Shown: positions 10,136 to 19,853 of the stretch, one piece after another
Layout: each line of letters opens with the position of its first letter
How positions within the stretch are numbered: the first letter of the stretch is position 1
Source: Candidatus Hodarchaeota archaeon
GTDB lineage: Archaea; Asgardarchaeota; Heimdallarchaeia; Hodarchaeales; Hodarchaeaceae
Assembly: GCA_016839815.1 (NCBI GenBank)
Contig: JAEOTM010000041.1
Coordinates: 42,366 to 106,365, forward strand
DNA length: 64,000 nucleotides
Direction of reading: 5' to 3'
Made by a program: the position numbers and the translations under genes
Notes under the pieces: generated by a model
What the model was told of the DNA's origin: nothing
What the model saw: the letters and a program-made list of their open reading frames with translations, nothing else
Database searches by the model: none

Positions 10136-10728
10136 GACTTTTTACCCTCTCTTTTCAAAAAATGATCCATTAGAAATTCTCCAAGAATTTCAGCCGTCCT
10201 GGCCAAGTCGCCAGTATTTTCTATTATTTTATCTGGTGTAGGCATTTCAACCTTACTTTTCATTCTCTTTAATCGAATTTGTAATCCTGAATCATCTTCT
10301 CTCCCTCTTCTTTTAATTCGTGATTCTGCGACCTCTTTCGGGACAGTCACCAGAATAATTCTACATTCAGGAAATACTTCACGAGCCTTAAACAGCATAC
10401 TTCTGGAAACGTTGATTAGTAATAGCTTATTTAGAGAGATTGCCTCCTTAATAGGAGCCCAACCGCATCCATACCAATTGTCGTAAATGTTCCATGACAG
10501 GGCATACTCATTATTAGCTTTTTGTTGTAGAAACTCGTCAGATGTCATAAAAGTTGATTCTTCATTCTTATCTGAAGGTCTAGTTATAACCCGCTTCAAT
10601 GTTGCAGCTGGTATATTCTGTGAATGTAAGAATGAGACTGTTTCTCTCATCACACTATCTTTTCCGCTCCCAGAGGTACCAACGACAAATACTAACAAAT
10701 CAGAATTAGCTATGGCCAAAGAAATCAT
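10132..10728 (-). CDS. PhnN/guanylate-kinase-like P-loop kinase (ribose 1,5-bisphosphokinase-like)
   Basis: VVGTSGSGKDS, RVITRP, LSWNIYDNWYG, INVSRS, RIKRRGRE. Confidence 0.8.
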   Translation of the reverse strand: MISLAIANSDLLVFVVGTSGSGKDSVMRETVSFLHSQNIPAATLKRVITRPSDKNEESTFMTSDEFLQQKANNEYALSWNIYDNWYGCGWAPIKEAISLNKLLLINVSRSMLFKAREVFPECRIILVTVPKEVAESRIKRRGREDDSGLQIRLKRMKSKVEMPTPDKIIENTGDLARTAEILGEFLMDHFLKREGKKS

Positions 10729-10805
10729 TCATCCTTCGCTAGAGATGTAATATTTGTTATTAGAAAGAGCTTAAAAAATCAACAGGTGAGGTGAAACTGA
10801 TTACA

Positions 10806-11360
10806 ATGCCGACTCTGCTGTTTAAGATCATACTCCTAGGAGATGGAGCTGTCGGAAAAACTTCAATACGACGTCGGTACATGGGCGAAGGGTTCAAAAC
10901 TGATTTCCTAGCAACTATGGGTGCTGATTTTGCGTTTTTGAAGACTAAAATTGACTCAGTTAATGTAGAGTGGCAAATTTGGGATTTAGCGGGACAACCA
11001 GCCTTTAGAAACGTTATGAAGTCATATTACAAAGGTGCAATGGGTGCTCTTGCAGTCTATGATATTACTCAACCTAAATCATTGGAATCCCTAGATACTT
11101 GGGTTAAAGAAGTACGGGAACGAGCAGGGACCTATAATGATTTACCCATTGTTCTTGTGGGCAACAAGATTGATCTTCGAGATGAAGTACCTTCCAGCTT
11201 AAAAACGATTCAAGGATTCGTGAAAGCTAAATCATTAAATGCTGGCTTTGTAGAAACGTCTGCAAAAACTGGAGAGGCGATTGAAGAAGCATTTACAACT
11301 TTAGCTCGTGATATTATGTCAAAAACGAAATTTAAGAATAAAAAAAAAGGAGCGGAATAA
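10806..11360 (+). CDS. Rab-like small GTPase (Ras superfamily)
   Basis: G1 GDGAVGKTS, G2 ATMGADF, G3 IWDLAGQ, G4 VGNKID, G5 ETSAK; basic C-terminal tail. Confidence 0.95.
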   Translation: MPTLLFKIILLGDGAVGKTSIRRRYMGEGFKTDFLATMGADFAFLKTKIDSVNVEWQIWDLAGQPAFRNVMKSYYKGAMGALAVYDITQPKSLESLDTWVKEVRERAGTYNDLPIVLVGNKIDLRDEVPSSLKTIQGFVKAKSLNAGFVETSAKTGEAIEEAFTTLARDIMSKTKFKNKKKGAE

Positions 11361-11366
11361 TTCCGC
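11352..11366. terminator. Short hairpin at the junction of convergent genes
   Basis: GCGGAA-TAA-TTCCGC perfect inverted repeat centred on the GTPase stop codon. Confidence 0.3.
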
Positions 11367-11378
11367 ATTAATTCTCAT

Positions 11379-11999
11379 TCAGGGAGGGTTAACAATATGC
11401 CAAATTCCTGCTGGTTCACCTAGAACTAGCATTAGTAGACCTTGAATCAACAGAAGGGTACTAAATATAATTACAATGGGACTCCAGCTAATAATCTGGA
11501 GAATTCGATCTACAGTAAACTCAGTAAAGAAACTAGCCACAAATACTATACCAACGATGACAACAATTCCTAAAATCAAGAGCCACATTGGGACTGAAAA
11601 TCCGAAGAGATCGATATTAGTAAAGTCTCCTGGTTCTTCTAAGTCAGCAAATAGCAACAGAAGTCCAGCTAGTGCTCCTAAGGTAATCATAGATATCATT
11701 GCAGCCAATGGTGTTTCCTTTAGTGGATCAGCTAACATCGACATTCCAGCTAAGAAAATGAGAACTACGGTTAGCCAATGGACAACAACATCAGGGTCAA
11801 CAGTATCGACATAACCCTCAAATATCGCAATTATGTTCACAATTCCAATAACAATTGACGTAGCCAATGCCAAATATTTCAAAAACCCAGATTCGTGTCG
11901 TTTTGACTTCGTAAACTTATTTACGCCGTATGCAACACCAATTAACCCCGCTACCAACGCAATTATCCCTAAAAAGGGATCTACTATAAATTCTAACAT
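11379..11999 (-). CDS. Hypothetical multi-pass membrane protein
   Basis: About 6 hydrophobic segments, no recognised motif. Confidence 0.7.
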   Translation of the reverse strand: MLEFIVDPFLGIIALVAGLIGVAYGVNKFTKSKRHESGFLKYLALATSIVIGIVNIIAIFEGYVDTVDPDVVVHWLTVVLIFLAGMSMLADPLKETPLAAMISMITLGALAGLLLLFADLEEPGDFTNIDLFGFSVPMWLLILGIVVIVGIVFVASFFTEFTVDRILQIISWSPIVIIFSTLLLIQGLLMLVLGEPAGIWHIVNPP

Positions 12000-12082
12000 G
12001 TTTAAAACCTTTGAAGAGTTATTTCATGACTTAGTTTGATTACATGAATCAAACTTTTAACCTTTTTGAGGAATAATAGAGG

Positions 12083-12733
12083 TTAATAACTTTCGGAGAT
12101 AACTTTTCTAATCACTTCAGACTGAATATCCATAAATTGCCTTTTATCATAAGAAATCAGGTCTGAAATATCAAAAATGGACGCTATTGATTTTAATTTA
12201 ATTACATTTTGAATTAATGAGAGCTTAGGTTCAGCTGCCTCACTTAGTCGCTTAATCCCGTCATTTAATTTCTCTTCTTGATCTTCGTATTCTTGAGTTG
12301 CAAGAAGACTTATGCATTGGTGATAGTATAAAGCAGATAATTCTTTTAATAGTGTTTGATAATGAGAATAGTCAAGCACTTCCAAAATAGATGAAATCGT
12401 CGCTATAAAAAGAATTGTTTCAGTGGCTAACCCCTCCTCGATAAAACTACCAATTTTTTCATTAAACCTTGTTGTAAGCTTGTCTAAGGGATTTATTGAT
12501 AATTTCTTCCCTGTTCTCAATAGAACTGATACATAATGGGAAGGATCCGTCCCATAAAGGTCTTTACCCTGATCAAATAGAAAGTCTGCAAAATGCTGTA
12601 AGATTCGGTTTGATCCTTCTATCTCAAACTGAAGCGAGTAAGTGCGATCAGTGATGATATTTGGGTCAATAAAGAATTGCTGACGAACTAGTTGATCAAC
12701 CAGTTCACGAAATGATAAAGTCTGGACAGTCAC
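12083..12733 (-). CDS. Hypothetical helical protein
   Basis: 216-aa ORF co-oriented with the methyltransferase; no recognised motif. Confidence 0.6.
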   Translation of the reverse strand: MTVQTLSFRELVDQLVRQQFFIDPNIITDRTYSLQFEIEGSNRILQHFADFLFDQGKDLYGTDPSHYVSVLLRTGKKLSINPLDKLTTRFNEKIGSFIEEGLATETILFIATISSILEVLDYSHYQTLLKELSALYYHQCISLLATQEYEDQEEKLNDGIKRLSEAAEPKLSLIQNVIKLKSIASIFDISDLISYDKRQFMDIQSEVIRKVISESY

Positions 12734-12780
12734 GAGTAGAATTCACCCTTACTTGGCATGATTCTCTCTGAGATGACTGT

Positions 12781-15183
12781 TTAATTATCTTTCGTATTTT
12801 CATTAAGTCGATTAGATACGTTTTTGTTAATGAAATGTAAAATAATCCTTAACTCCTTTTCATTAATCCCCAGCATCTGAGCATAAAATCTATCAATCAT
12901 TCCACGTAATTCATTCTCTGAAGTGATTGAAGTTCTAGATTTCTCGTTTCTTAATTTCTGGAATATGGACAGTAATGTCTGCTCCTGATGTGGGGTCAGT
13001 TTGGTTGGAAGATTTAATGATTTTAACCAATATACATTGGTATCCAGTACTCCATACCCCATATTCGTATTGCCTTCCATTTCCATTTGAGCCCAAACAA
13101 AGCTACTATTCAAATATGTCAGAATCAACGGAATTTTATTGGAATCATATACTTTTATTCCATAAAAACGTTGATCTGGAAAACACCCTGCACTATTAAC
13201 CAAACATCCAGGTCTATCATGATAACTCTTGGTCCATAAAAGGTCTGGTAATGTATATGGTGGTAATGCATACCACGGATTCCTTTGTCGCAAACTTGTA
13301 ATTAAATGATAACCTTTCACCGTTTGACCAATTAATTTTCCTTGTTTTATCGACACTAATTGGTTTTCCCCCCAAAGAATATATTCCAGAGCGTTTTTTC
13401 CCTTCAGCTGATCCTGTGATTGTTGACAATTAAATAACCACATTTTTGGTTTGAAACTGTCTGGAATTTCAAAACCTCCACATTCTTGAGGGCTCTTTAT
13501 GATAGGAGTAAGAAATTCTGTTTCAAGTTTTCCACGATAACCCTGTTTATTTGTGATCTTGGCTATTCTTTCACTTGTATTTATTGAATTTACTAGAACA
13601 TGGAAGAAATCATTGGCACCAGTCTTAATGCCAAACTGAATGTGTGCTAAAGTTGAAAGAGGGGTACCTTGAAATTTAATTTTGTCTAATATGCTTCTTT
13701 CCGCTTTTGAAGCTCGCAAAAAGTTACCAGCCCACTTATGAGTAGTTTTCAATTCTTCTATAGGAACAGCTTCCGTACGATAGTCATCAGATGAGATCTC
13801 CTCATGAAACATTAATCCTTTTTTTAAAGATGAAATCGAAATATTATGCATCTCTTTGAATGTCTCCGTGAAGAACACTTGACCTTCTGATACCCCTTTT
13901 TTATCGGTTTTTGATGCTAGAAAGATAACAGAATTAATCCCTATATCCTTCCATAATCTCGAACCTGATTGATGTATGATTTCACAGAAAGCTAACTTTT
14001 TTCTCTCCAATAATGATACTAAATGGTCTTGCAGAGTTTTACCATATTTAACCTCAAGCCATGCATTCGACGTTAGGAAGGTTAAAATTCCATTAGAACT
14101 CAAGAGATTTATGCTTTTCAGGCAAAAATAAATAAGGTAATCACTTTTACGATCTAATGTAATTTCATGTTTTAAAATTGGTGAAATTAAGTTATAAAGC
14201 TTCTTTTTATAATCTGAAGGACTATCCATTCCAATATCTTCATGACGAACATAAGGTGGATTTCCAATTATGATATCAAATCGTTTCACGATTTTTTCCA
14301 GTAAAAAATCTCCACAAACTAACGAAGTTTCTATTTTTATAGGACAAGAACCGTATTGCTTCACGAAGAATTGCTCTACTAAAAGTAAACGTAGTTCGGT
14401 AACCAATAAGGCGATTGGATCAAGATCCATACCAGAGAGGGAGATATGGATTTTTTGTTCATTCTTAGGCCCTAAATGTGCGATTTTGTCTCCAATTTTC
14501 GCTATTTGTTTAGCTATATGAACTAAAAATGTACCAGTCCCACAACTCGGGTCGAGGACAGAGATTTTAAATGGATATTTGGAAAATAATGATAAATTTT
14601 CCTTTCGGGTTGTTTTTGATTCAATCCAGTCTAACAACTCCTCATTAGACAAGTCATGTATGCTATTTTGTAAGAAATGATAACTTACCAGAAAAGAAAT
14701 TAGCTCAGCATCTTCTGGGAGTGTATAATACGTCCCTCGTTTCTTTTTTGACAAAGTAGAGAGAGATAGATTCTCAACTACAAATGACAAGAGGGAAGAT
14801 CCCAGATTAAGATCGATTGGAAATTTATTATAGATGATGAGTAGGAAATCAATTTTAATCTTAGCTTCATTAATATGAGTAACTGGACGAATGCTCTTAA
14901 TAATTCGCTTCGTGACATCATTAGTTTTATCATCCTCTTGTAACGATCTTTGAAGATCTTCAAGCAAATCTATTGCATAAATTTCATCTTTAGATTTCTT
15001 AATTCGCTCTAAAATTAGTGGATCTTGGGAGTTCACTTCGCTTAAAGATACTAAGCAAATGATGTATGCGATTATCTTTTCCAGAGAAGGTTTGGTATGT
15101 GTACTACCGCCTGATAACAGCTGTAGACTAAAATCAAGAAAAATGTTTTCTACATCGCTCAAAAGATTTTCTTCGGGTATCAA
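12781..15183 (-). CDS. Eco57I/TaqI-like amino (N6-adenine) DNA methyltransferase with C-terminal target-recognition region
   Basis: Motif I VLDPSCGTGTFL, motif IV FDIIIGNPPYVR, GIKTGANDFF, YLNSS. Confidence 0.9.
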   Translation of the reverse strand: MIPEENLLSDVENIFLDFSLQLLSGGSTHTKPSLEKIIAYIICLVSLSEVNSQDPLILERIKKSKDEIYAIDLLEDLQRSLQEDDKTNDVTKRIIKSIRPVTHINEAKIKIDFLLIIYNKFPIDLNLGSSLLSFVVENLSLSTLSKKKRGTYYTLPEDAELISFLVSYHFLQNSIHDLSNEELLDWIESKTTRKENLSLFSKYPFKISVLDPSCGTGTFLVHIAKQIAKIGDKIAHLGPKNEQKIHISLSGMDLDPIALLVTELRLLLVEQFFVKQYGSCPIKIETSLVCGDFLLEKIVKRFDIIIGNPPYVRHEDIGMDSPSDYKKKLYNLISPILKHEITLDRKSDYLIYFCLKSINLLSSNGILTFLTSNAWLEVKYGKTLQDHLVSLLERKKLAFCEIIHQSGSRLWKDIGINSVIFLASKTDKKGVSEGQVFFTETFKEMHNISISSLKKGLMFHEEISSDDYRTEAVPIEELKTTHKWAGNFLRASKAERSILDKIKFQGTPLSTLAHIQFGIKTGANDFFHVLVNSINTSERIAKITNKQGYRGKLETEFLTPIIKSPQECGGFEIPDSFKPKMWLFNCQQSQDQLKGKNALEYILWGENQLVSIKQGKLIGQTVKGYHLITSLRQRNPWYALPPYTLPDLLWTKSYHDRPGCLVNSAGCFPDQRFYGIKVYDSNKIPLILTYLNSSFVWAQMEMEGNTNMGYGVLDTNVYWLKSLNLPTKLTPHQEQTLLSIFQKLRNEKSRTSITSENELRGMIDRFYAQMLGINEKELRIILHFINKNVSNRLNENTKDN

Positions 15184-15185
15184 TC

Positions 15186-17033
15186 TTAAATTCCAACAAG
15201 ATTTTCTATTCTCGCGACTTCCTGATCATTGAGATCACCATCATGATTGCACTTCCTCATCTCATATAGAAATTTCAAACCCTGTTGAAAATCCTCTATT
15301 GATTGGAATGCTTTGGATTCTTCGGCTATTCCTGTGGGTAATGCTTCATATAAAATCCGATAAGGAAGAGTATCATGGACTCCAGCAGTATTTTGTTGAA
15401 GTTTAAACTCACGCATATTGAAGTATCGCGTTATACTCCAGATACTTTGTGCTATCTCCCGAATATCTTTTAACCCACCTGTAGCCTCGGTATACAGAGT
15501 TTGAACATCTTGAAGGTTCAAAGCGGGAATTATTGAATGAGTGAAATGACAAATAATCAAGCTATCTTTAATCAATTTTAGATCCTGTTCAGAAACTAAT
15601 GTTTCTACTATTTCTGGCGACACTAACTCGTCTTTGGGAAGTTTCATGGATGTTGGCCATCCTCGTAGATGAGAAGCTCCAGCAGCTGCAGTTGCATAAC
15701 TAAGGCCTAATGCTAGTCGTCCTCTGGGATCCCATGCTGCCATCTCCAAACCTTTTACATGAATTGCAAACTTTTCTGATCCTTGGCCAAATAGTTCTGA
15801 GACTCGTTTTGTACCTTCAGCGAGGATTTTCCCTACTCCTTGTTTGTAAGCAATTTTGGTGATTAACTCTAATAACCCTTGATCATCACCGAATACAATT
15901 TGCTCCTCCTGAAACTCAGGGGGGACTAATCCTTTTTCACTACATTCCATAAAGAAAGCAATTGTGCTACCTGTGCTAATTGAATCAAGTCCATACTTAT
16001 TTAACAGATAATTTGCTTCTACAACTGTTTCGTATTTTACCGCGCAACTAGATCCAATTAGACCCAACGTTTCATACTCTGGTACAGCAGCAATGTGATT
16101 TTCTTCATCCTTAAATGAAAAATTATCTCCAAAAACATGAGCACACTGGATTACGCACTTATAACATGGTCGTTTTTTGGTAGAGTAGTTCTGAATGGCT
16201 TCTTCTCCAAGACTAGAAGCTTCCTCTGCTAAAGTACCATATTGGAAATTCCGTACTGGTAATTGATCACGTTCAGACGATATGTTGAATAATGCGGGGG
16301 TACCCACTCTATAGATCCAATGATCTACTTCTTTTCCTTTCGATGCACGCTTGCGAAGATCCATAGCTTTATTCTTCAACTTCTCCAAGTCGAATACTGG
16401 AATATCTTTTTTATTTCCTTTAATAGCGATTCCAAGTAGATTTTTTGATCCAAAAACCGCTCCTATTCCACCTCGTCCGGTATTTCGAAAACTATCACTA
16501 GTAATACAAGCAAACTTAACTTTATTTTCTCCAGCTGGCCCAATAGACATAATTCGAGCTTTGGGTTCATGAATTCTTTTTCGAAACGCCATTTCTTTTT
16601 CAAGTGTTGTGAGACCCTTTAGATCTTGAGCATCATTAATTTGAATGTCGTCATCTCGAATAGAAATAAAACACGGACTTTTAGCTATTCCTTCAATAAT
16701 TAACGCATCATATCCAGCAAACTTTAATTCGGGACCTACAAATCCACCTGCATGAGAATCTAAAAATAACCCAGTTAAGGGAGATTTTGTTACAATACAA
16801 TAACGACCACAGATCGGAACGACTGTTCCTTGTAAAGGACCAGTGGAAACGATAATCTTATTTTCAGAACCTAGTGGATCAATGCCTGGATCAAGTTCTT
16901 GAGTTAAAAGAAAAGCTCCTAAACCTTTTCCTCCCATAAAGGTTTCTACTATATTTTCTGGCAATTTTTCCTTTTTTATTTGATTTGTAGAAAGATTGAT
17001 TCGTACAAGTCGATTATGTAACCCATTAGCCAT
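15186..17033 (-). CDS. aor: Tungsten aldehyde:ferredoxin oxidoreductase family
   Basis: KSPLTG, AGYDALIIEG, GRGGIGAVFGSKNL, CYKCVIQC, PEYET, GLDSIS, DPRG, DSLIICHF. Confidence 0.92.
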   Translation of the reverse strand: MANGLHNRLVRINLSTNQIKKEKLPENIVETFMGGKGLGAFLLTQELDPGIDPLGSENKIIVSTGPLQGTVVPICGRYCIVTKSPLTGLFLDSHAGGFVGPELKFAGYDALIIEGIAKSPCFISIRDDDIQINDAQDLKGLTTLEKEMAFRKRIHEPKARIMSIGPAGENKVKFACITSDSFRNTGRGGIGAVFGSKNLLGIAIKGNKKDIPVFDLEKLKNKAMDLRKRASKGKEVDHWIYRVGTPALFNISSERDQLPVRNFQYGTLAEEASSLGEEAIQNYSTKKRPCYKCVIQCAHVFGDNFSFKDEENHIAAVPEYETLGLIGSSCAVKYETVVEANYLLNKYGLDSISTGSTIAFFMECSEKGLVPPEFQEEQIVFGDDQGLLELITKIAYKQGVGKILAEGTKRVSELFGQGSEKFAIHVKGLEMAAWDPRGRLALGLSYATAAAGASHLRGWPTSMKLPKDELVSPEIVETLVSEQDLKLIKDSLIICHFTHSIIPALNLQDVQTLYTEATGGLKDIREIAQSIWSITRYFNMREFKLQQNTAGVHDTLPYRILYEALPTGIAEESKAFQSIEDFQQGLKFLYEMRKCNHDGDLNDQEVARIENLVGI

Positions 17034-17159
17034 TTCTATCAGAACAAGGAATTGTTACGAAATGAATAAAAATCTCACCCAAAAAAGTAGATTCCTACTA
17101 CTAAAGTAGAAGTATAAAGCACGACAATAATCTACTTACGGTGTAAACTTGGTGTAAAC

Positions 17160-18872
17160 TTGACAGAACGCTTATCAGGTGGCTCATTCGTAGCAAAAAG
17201 TCTAAAGGTAGAGGATATTGAGTATGTTTTCACATTATCGGGAGGACATATCAATCCCATTTACAAAGGATTGGTAGAGGAGGGGATACCTATCATTACA
17301 ACTAGACATGAGCAAGCTGCGGGAAATGCTGCAGAGGGATGGGCTAAAACTACTCGTACTCCAGGAGTTTGTTTGGTAACCGCAGGTCCAGGTTTTTCTA
17401 ATGTTCTTCCTGCTTTAATTAGTGCTTATTATGCTCATAGTCCTGTATTCGCCATTACGGGGCACACAGCATTAAGAGATTTAAATAAACATGCTGCTCA
17501 GGAAGTGGACCATTTACCTTTAGCTAATCCAGCAACAAAATATGCACGAATGGTCTACAATACTCACCGAATTCCTGAATATATGCAAGAAGCCTTCAGG
17601 GCATGTACAGCTGAAAATATGGGCCCTGTATTACTTGATATTCCAGTTGATATTTTAACTCTTGAATCAGATGTGGATGAAGCAAAACCATTTTATGGAT
17701 TATCTCCTGATCAATATCGTCCTAAAGGGTATAAATATCCAGACCCCTTACTGGTGAAACAGGTAGCAGATTATTTATTAGAGGCGAAGAATCCAGTAAT
17801 AATTGCGGGAAGTGGAGTTTATTGGGGAGGAGCATCGGCTAATTTGTTAGCATTAGCTGAATATTTATCAATTCCAGTAGCGTATGATGATTTAGGGAAA
17901 GGATCAATTCCTGAACTTCACCCATTAGCCATTGGGAGTGCGATTCAAAATATCTTACTTAACCAAGCAGATTTTATACTAGCTCTTGGAGTTATTTTTG
18001 GAGAATACCAAGGATATGGAACTAATCCAGCCTTCTATGCAGAAGATGTTAAGTTTGTGCATGTAGATCCTGAAGCAACAGCAGTAGGTAAGAATAGACC
18101 CTTAGAATTAGGAATTTCCTGTTCAATTAATCCTTTCTTAGAACAACTATTAGCTACTGTGATAAAACTCAAACCAGAAGTCAAATTACATAATGAATGG
18201 GCTAAGACCATCAAAGGGGATCGGAACCAGCTCGAAGAAATGATTAGCGGACCTGTGGATTCTAACGATACTCCCATCAAACCACAAAGGCTTACGAAAG
18301 ATATTCAACAATTCTTGGATGAAGACACTAGATTATTCTTAGATGGAGGAGATACCACTGTTTGGGCCAATCTAATCTTGAAAGCTACTTATCCTGGTCA
18401 AATTATTGGCTCACATGGACCTACTGGTCATTTAGGAGCTGGATTACCTATGGGAATAGCTGGGAAGCTAGCAGAACCTGAGAAAAATGTTATTATACTC
18501 TCAGGGGATGGAAGTTTTCTGTTTAATGGGGCGGAAATTGATACAGCAATTCGCTATGACTTACCTTTAACAGTAATAATTGAAAATGATTCTTTGTGGG
18601 GAATGATTGCACATAACCAGGATTTATCATGGGGTGAACGTATCGGTACCACCTTAGATGAAAAGAATCATATTGATTATGTTAAGTTTGCAGAAAGCTT
18701 GGGTGGACAAGGAGAATTGGTCACTCGGCCAGAAGATGTCCCCTCAGCGATTAGACGAGCTAAAAACAGTGGTACTGTAACAGTAGTTGACGTAAGAGTT
18801 GATGGCTCTGTGACAAATATTCTGAATCAGAGTGCAGCTGCAAAAGCCGACCCCTCATTTTGGGAACAATAG
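17160..18872 (+). CDS. ThDP-dependent enzyme, 2-hydroxyacyl-CoA lyase/ILVBL-like (acetolactate synthase superfamily)
   Basis: FTLSGGHI, RHEQAAG, TAGPG, LDGGD, GDGSFLFN...ENDSLWGMI. Confidence 0.85.
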   Translation: MTERLSGGSFVAKSLKVEDIEYVFTLSGGHINPIYKGLVEEGIPIITTRHEQAAGNAAEGWAKTTRTPGVCLVTAGPGFSNVLPALISAYYAHSPVFAITGHTALRDLNKHAAQEVDHLPLANPATKYARMVYNTHRIPEYMQEAFRACTAENMGPVLLDIPVDILTLESDVDEAKPFYGLSPDQYRPKGYKYPDPLLVKQVADYLLEAKNPVIIAGSGVYWGGASANLLALAEYLSIPVAYDDLGKGSIPELHPLAIGSAIQNILLNQADFILALGVIFGEYQGYGTNPAFYAEDVKFVHVDPEATAVGKNRPLELGISCSINPFLEQLLATVIKLKPEVKLHNEWAKTIKGDRNQLEEMISGPVDSNDTPIKPQRLTKDIQQFLDEDTRLFLDGGDTTVWANLILKATYPGQIIGSHGPTGHLGAGLPMGIAGKLAEPEKNVIILSGDGSFLFNGAEIDTAIRYDLPLTVIIENDSLWGMIAHNQDLSWGERIGTTLDEKNHIDYVKFAESLGGQGELVTRPEDVPSAIRRAKNSGTVTVVDVRVDGSVTNILNQSAAAKADPSFWEQ

Positions 18873-18887
18873 TATGGAGAAAGTAAA

Positions 18888-19847
18888 TTGGCAATTCTTA
18901 TTACTGGTGGTACTGGTTTTATAGGTTCCTTTCTAGCAAAAGAATTGTTTACTTCAACGAATGAAGAACTGATTCTATTTGATTACATCATTAATGAGAA
19001 GCGAATAAAATCATTGAAAGATGATCCTCGTATTTCACTCATCAAAGGTGACGTTTCTAACAGAACATTTCTCCACTCGCAATTAGAAAAACTCACTGAT
19101 TTTTCAACTATCTACCATTTTGGTAGTCTAATGCCTCCGTTAACCGAATCCGAGTTAACGGATGCTTTTAATATCAATATTCAAGGAACTTTCAATGTTT
19201 TGGAATTTGCACGTCTTCATAACATTTCACAAGTCGTTTATTCTAGCTCTGGAGCGATATATGGACCAGGTGTCGACCTACCAGTTACTGAACAATCGTT
19301 TCGAGATCCATGGACTATGTATGGTGTTGGAAAAGTATGTTCGGAAGTCCTAGGATCGTTTTATCATCGTAGAAAAGGAGTAAAGTTTACTTCTATTCGT
19401 TTTCCTGCTTTAATCGGACCAGGACGCACAGGCAAAGGAATGACCATTTTTGCGAATAATATCATTCAATATCCTGCTCAAGGAGAAAAAGCCATCTGTA
19501 ATGTCGAAGAAGATATTGCTGTTCCTCTAATATATATCAAAGACGCAACTAAGTTCTTAGCCAGTCTCCACAAGCGTGAAGATATTCCAGAACAAACATA
19601 CAATATTGATGGAGTATGGATCAGAGCAAACGAACTAGCGAAGTATGTACAAAATGAAATATCTGATGCAATCATTGAGTATGACCCTGATCCAGAATTA
19701 ACCTTTATGCTTCGGAGTTGGTCCATGATGAAAGGAGAATCCAATGCAATTTTCGATGATCTTGGATACTCACCCTCATACTCACCAGAAGAGATGGTCA
19801 AAGACTTTATTTTAGAAGTAAAAACAAACCCTGATTACAAAATCTAG
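18888..19847 (+). CDS. Extended SDR, NAD-dependent epimerase/dehydrogenase (threonine-dehydrogenase-like)
   Basis: ITGGTGFIG, SSSGAIYG, MYGVGK (YxxxK), IRFP. Confidence 0.85.
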   Translation: MAILITGGTGFIGSFLAKELFTSTNEELILFDYIINEKRIKSLKDDPRISLIKGDVSNRTFLHSQLEKLTDFSTIYHFGSLMPPLTESELTDAFNINIQGTFNVLEFARLHNISQVVYSSSGAIYGPGVDLPVTEQSFRDPWTMYGVGKVCSEVLGSFYHRRKGVKFTSIRFPALIGPGRTGKGMTIFANNIIQYPAQGEKAICNVEEDIAVPLIYIKDATKFLASLHKREDIPEQTYNIDGVWIRANELAKYVQNEISDAIIEYDPDPELTFMLRSWSMMKGESNAIFDDLGYSPSYSPEEMVKDFILEVKTNPDYKI

Positions 19848-19853
19848 AATTAC

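Noticed and set aside
12083-15183. Defence island around the methyltransferase
   Set aside because: Flanks are ordinary metabolic and membrane genes; no other defence or mobility genes visible
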